DNA from: an uncultured Acidobacteriota bacterium
Lineage (GTDB): Bacteria > Acidobacteriota > Vicinamibacteria > Vicinamibacterales > JAFNAJ01
Direction: 5' to 3'
NCBI GenBank assembly: GCA_963697285.1
Contig: CAVONI010000011.1
Span: 1,476,697-1,540,696 of the forward strand
DNA length: 64,000 bases
The notes below the pieces were generated by a model. That model saw nothing but the letters and a program-made list of their open reading frames with translations. It did not search any database and was not told the origin of the DNA. A program made the position numbers and the translations under genes. Position 1 is the stretch's first letter. The number at the start of each line of letters is the position of its first letter. This document shows positions 62,807 through 64,000 of the stretch, piece after piece.

Positions 62807-64000
62807 ATGCAGCGGCGAACGTTTCTCACGCGCTCGGCCCTGGCCTCGGGGGCCTTGATGGTCCCCGGGGCTCTCGAGGCCCAACCTGCCGTCATCAGCG
62901 CATCGCGCGGCACGGGTCCCCTCACCATCACGGGCATTGAGCCCATCGTGATCCGCACGCCGCTCGAGGGCGCGCCGCCCGAAGGTCCCCTCTCGCTCGG
63001 GCCCATCGGGGCGACGACGGGCGGCAAGGGCCTCTGGAACCGTCTCGACCACGCGAGCCCGTCACGCTTCCCGGGATACGAGCAGGCGACGCTCGTGAAG
63101 ATCACGACGAACCAGGGCCTCGTCGGCTGGGGCGAGTGCCACGCGCCAGCCGCGCCGCGCATGCACGCCCGCATAATCAGCGACCTCTTCAGGCCGCTCC
63201 TCATCGGTCAGGACGCCCGCCAGGTCGAGGCGCTATGGCAACGCATGTACTCGAGCGAACGCGTGCGGGGGTACTCGACCGGCGCGCATCTCGAGTCGAT
63301 CGCAGGCATCGACCTCGCGCTCTGGGACCTGCTCGGCAAGTTCGCCAACGTCCCCGTCTACCAGTTGCTCGGCGGCAAGTACCGGTCGCAGATACCCACC
63401 TACGCGACGTTCTCGGGCACGTATACCGGACGCGACAAGGGCCAGGCCGTCGTCGACGAGGCGCGGACGATGGTCGACGCGGGGTTCACGGTCCTGAAGC
63501 TCGCCCTGCGCAAGGGGCCCGACTCCGACGAGTTCGCCACGGTGCGCGAGATCTCGACGGCGATCGCGCCCCAGGCGCAGATCGCGGTCGATGCGCTCGG
63601 CGCGTTCACGCTGGGCGAGGCCGTGCGCATGGGCAAGGAACTCGATCGCCTGGGCAACATTGCCTGGTTCGAAGATGCGCTGCTGCCCGATGACCTGCCG
63701 CGCTACCCCGAACTGGCGAAGGCCGTCGACACGGCCATCTGCGCCGGCGAGATGCTGTCGACGCGCTACCAGTTTCGCGACCTGCTGATCCACCGAGGCG
63801 TCGACATGGTCAATCCCGACCTTTGCCGAGCCGGCGGCATCACGGAGTGCCGCCGCATCGCCTGGATTGCCGACGCATTCGGCGCCGTCTGGGCTCCGCA
63901 CGTCAGCACTGGCGCGGGCGCCTACCTTGCCGCGTCGATGCACCTGGCCGTCTCGTCGCCCAACTGCGTGATGATGGAGGTCTACAACGGCAACAAGCAC
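62807..64000 (+). CDS. Enolase-superfamily (mandelate racemase/muconate lactonizing enzyme family) protein with TAT signal, 3' end beyond window
   Basis: Not in the ORF track because there is no stop in the window. Own translation: MQRRTFLTRSALASGALMVPGALEA..., then GWGECHAP, IAVDALGAF, WFEDALLPDD and ICAGEML (metal-ligand blocks). The antisense ORF 63233..64000 is spurious. Confidence 0.85.
   Translation, partial: MQRRTFLTRSALASGALMVPGALEAQPAVISASRGTGPLTITGIEPIVIRTPLEGAPPEGPLSLGPIGATTGGKGLWNRLDHASPSRFPGYEQATLVKITTNQGLVGWGECHAPAAPRMHARIISDLFRPLLIGQDARQVEALWQRMYSSERVRGYSTGAHLESIAGIDLALWDLLGKFANVPVYQLLGGKYRSQIPTYATFSGTYTGRDKGQAVVDEARTMVDAGFTVLKLALRKGPDSDEFATVREISTAIAPQAQIAVDALGAFTLGEAVRMGKELDRLGNIAWFEDALLPDDLPRYPELAKAVDTAICAGEMLSTRYQFRDLLIHRGVDMVNPDLCRAGGITECRRIAWIADAFGAVWAPHVSTGAGAYLAASMHLAVSSPNCVMMEVYNGNKH

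Overview
Very GC-rich bacterial chromosomal window (GC not computed). I saw no rRNA, tRNA, CRISPR array, transposase, integrase or phage genes. The gene content suggests a soil Acidobacteriota- or Gemmatimonadota-like genome: two CarboxypepD_reg-type TonB-dependent receptors, many Sec/TAT-exported enzymes, prepilin-type pseudopilins and GC-rich REP hairpins. This placement is inference only.

Layout:
(1) 1-9.7 kb, metal island. It holds a multicopper oxidase, Met/His-rich periplasmic proteins, a cus/czc-type RND efflux operon broken by at least 30 frame changes while all neighbours are intact, and a DMT permease with a His-rich tail.
(2) 9.9-17.2 kb. WS/DGAT acyltransferase, GAF-PP2C phosphatase, two-domain PPK2, and a CydA-like membrane protein fused to a dihaem cytochrome c, with a translationally coupled polytopic partner.
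(3) 17.5-25.2 kb. S9 peptidase, ROK kinase, ferredoxin, VWA protein and an IorAB-type molybdoenzyme.
(4) 25.35-29.7 kb. A 3.7-kb five-gene cassette bracketed by long inverted repeats built from REP hairpins. It encodes a SpeE-like methyltransferase, a small Cys protein, a PHP metallohydrolase with a sorting-signal-like tail and a Zn-ribbon rhomboid protease.
(5) 29.7-37 kb. Zn-ribbon hypothetical protein, a large membrane protein, a DUF2911-like protein, a hydrolase and a TonB receptor.
(6) 37.3-42.0 kb. A KASIII-like / acyl-CoA ligase / alpha-beta hydrolase / thiolase cluster. The KASIII-like protein keeps the Cys but has lost the His and Asn of the catalytic triad.
(7) 42.1-45.2 kb. Four-gene minor-pilin operon.
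(8) 45.5-51.4 kb. Secreted and membrane hypotheticals, GH43, a patatin-like protein and a carboxylesterase.
(9) 51.5-54.0 kb. hypE-hypD-hypC with no hydrogenase in view.
(10) 54.1-64 kb. A Rieske protein, then a divergent GntR-type locus. One arm is gntR, a DHDPS-family enzyme, a DASS permease, a small TAT-signal protein and an amidase. The other arm is a TonB receptor and a TAT-signal enolase-superfamily enzyme.

Two dispersed repeat families are superimposed on this layout. One is a 43-bp palindrome with a conserved AT-rich loop, found at gene 3' ends. The other is a GC-rich REP (GTAGGGGCCGCRC...GYGCGGCCC). Both repeatedly supply the stop codons of adjacent genes.

Nothing here is a proven novel system. 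The best candidates for follow-up are the c-haem-fused bd-like oxidoreductase pair, the repeat families and the repeat-bracketed cassette, the degenerate-triad KASIII cluster, and the TAT-hitchhiker amidase locus.
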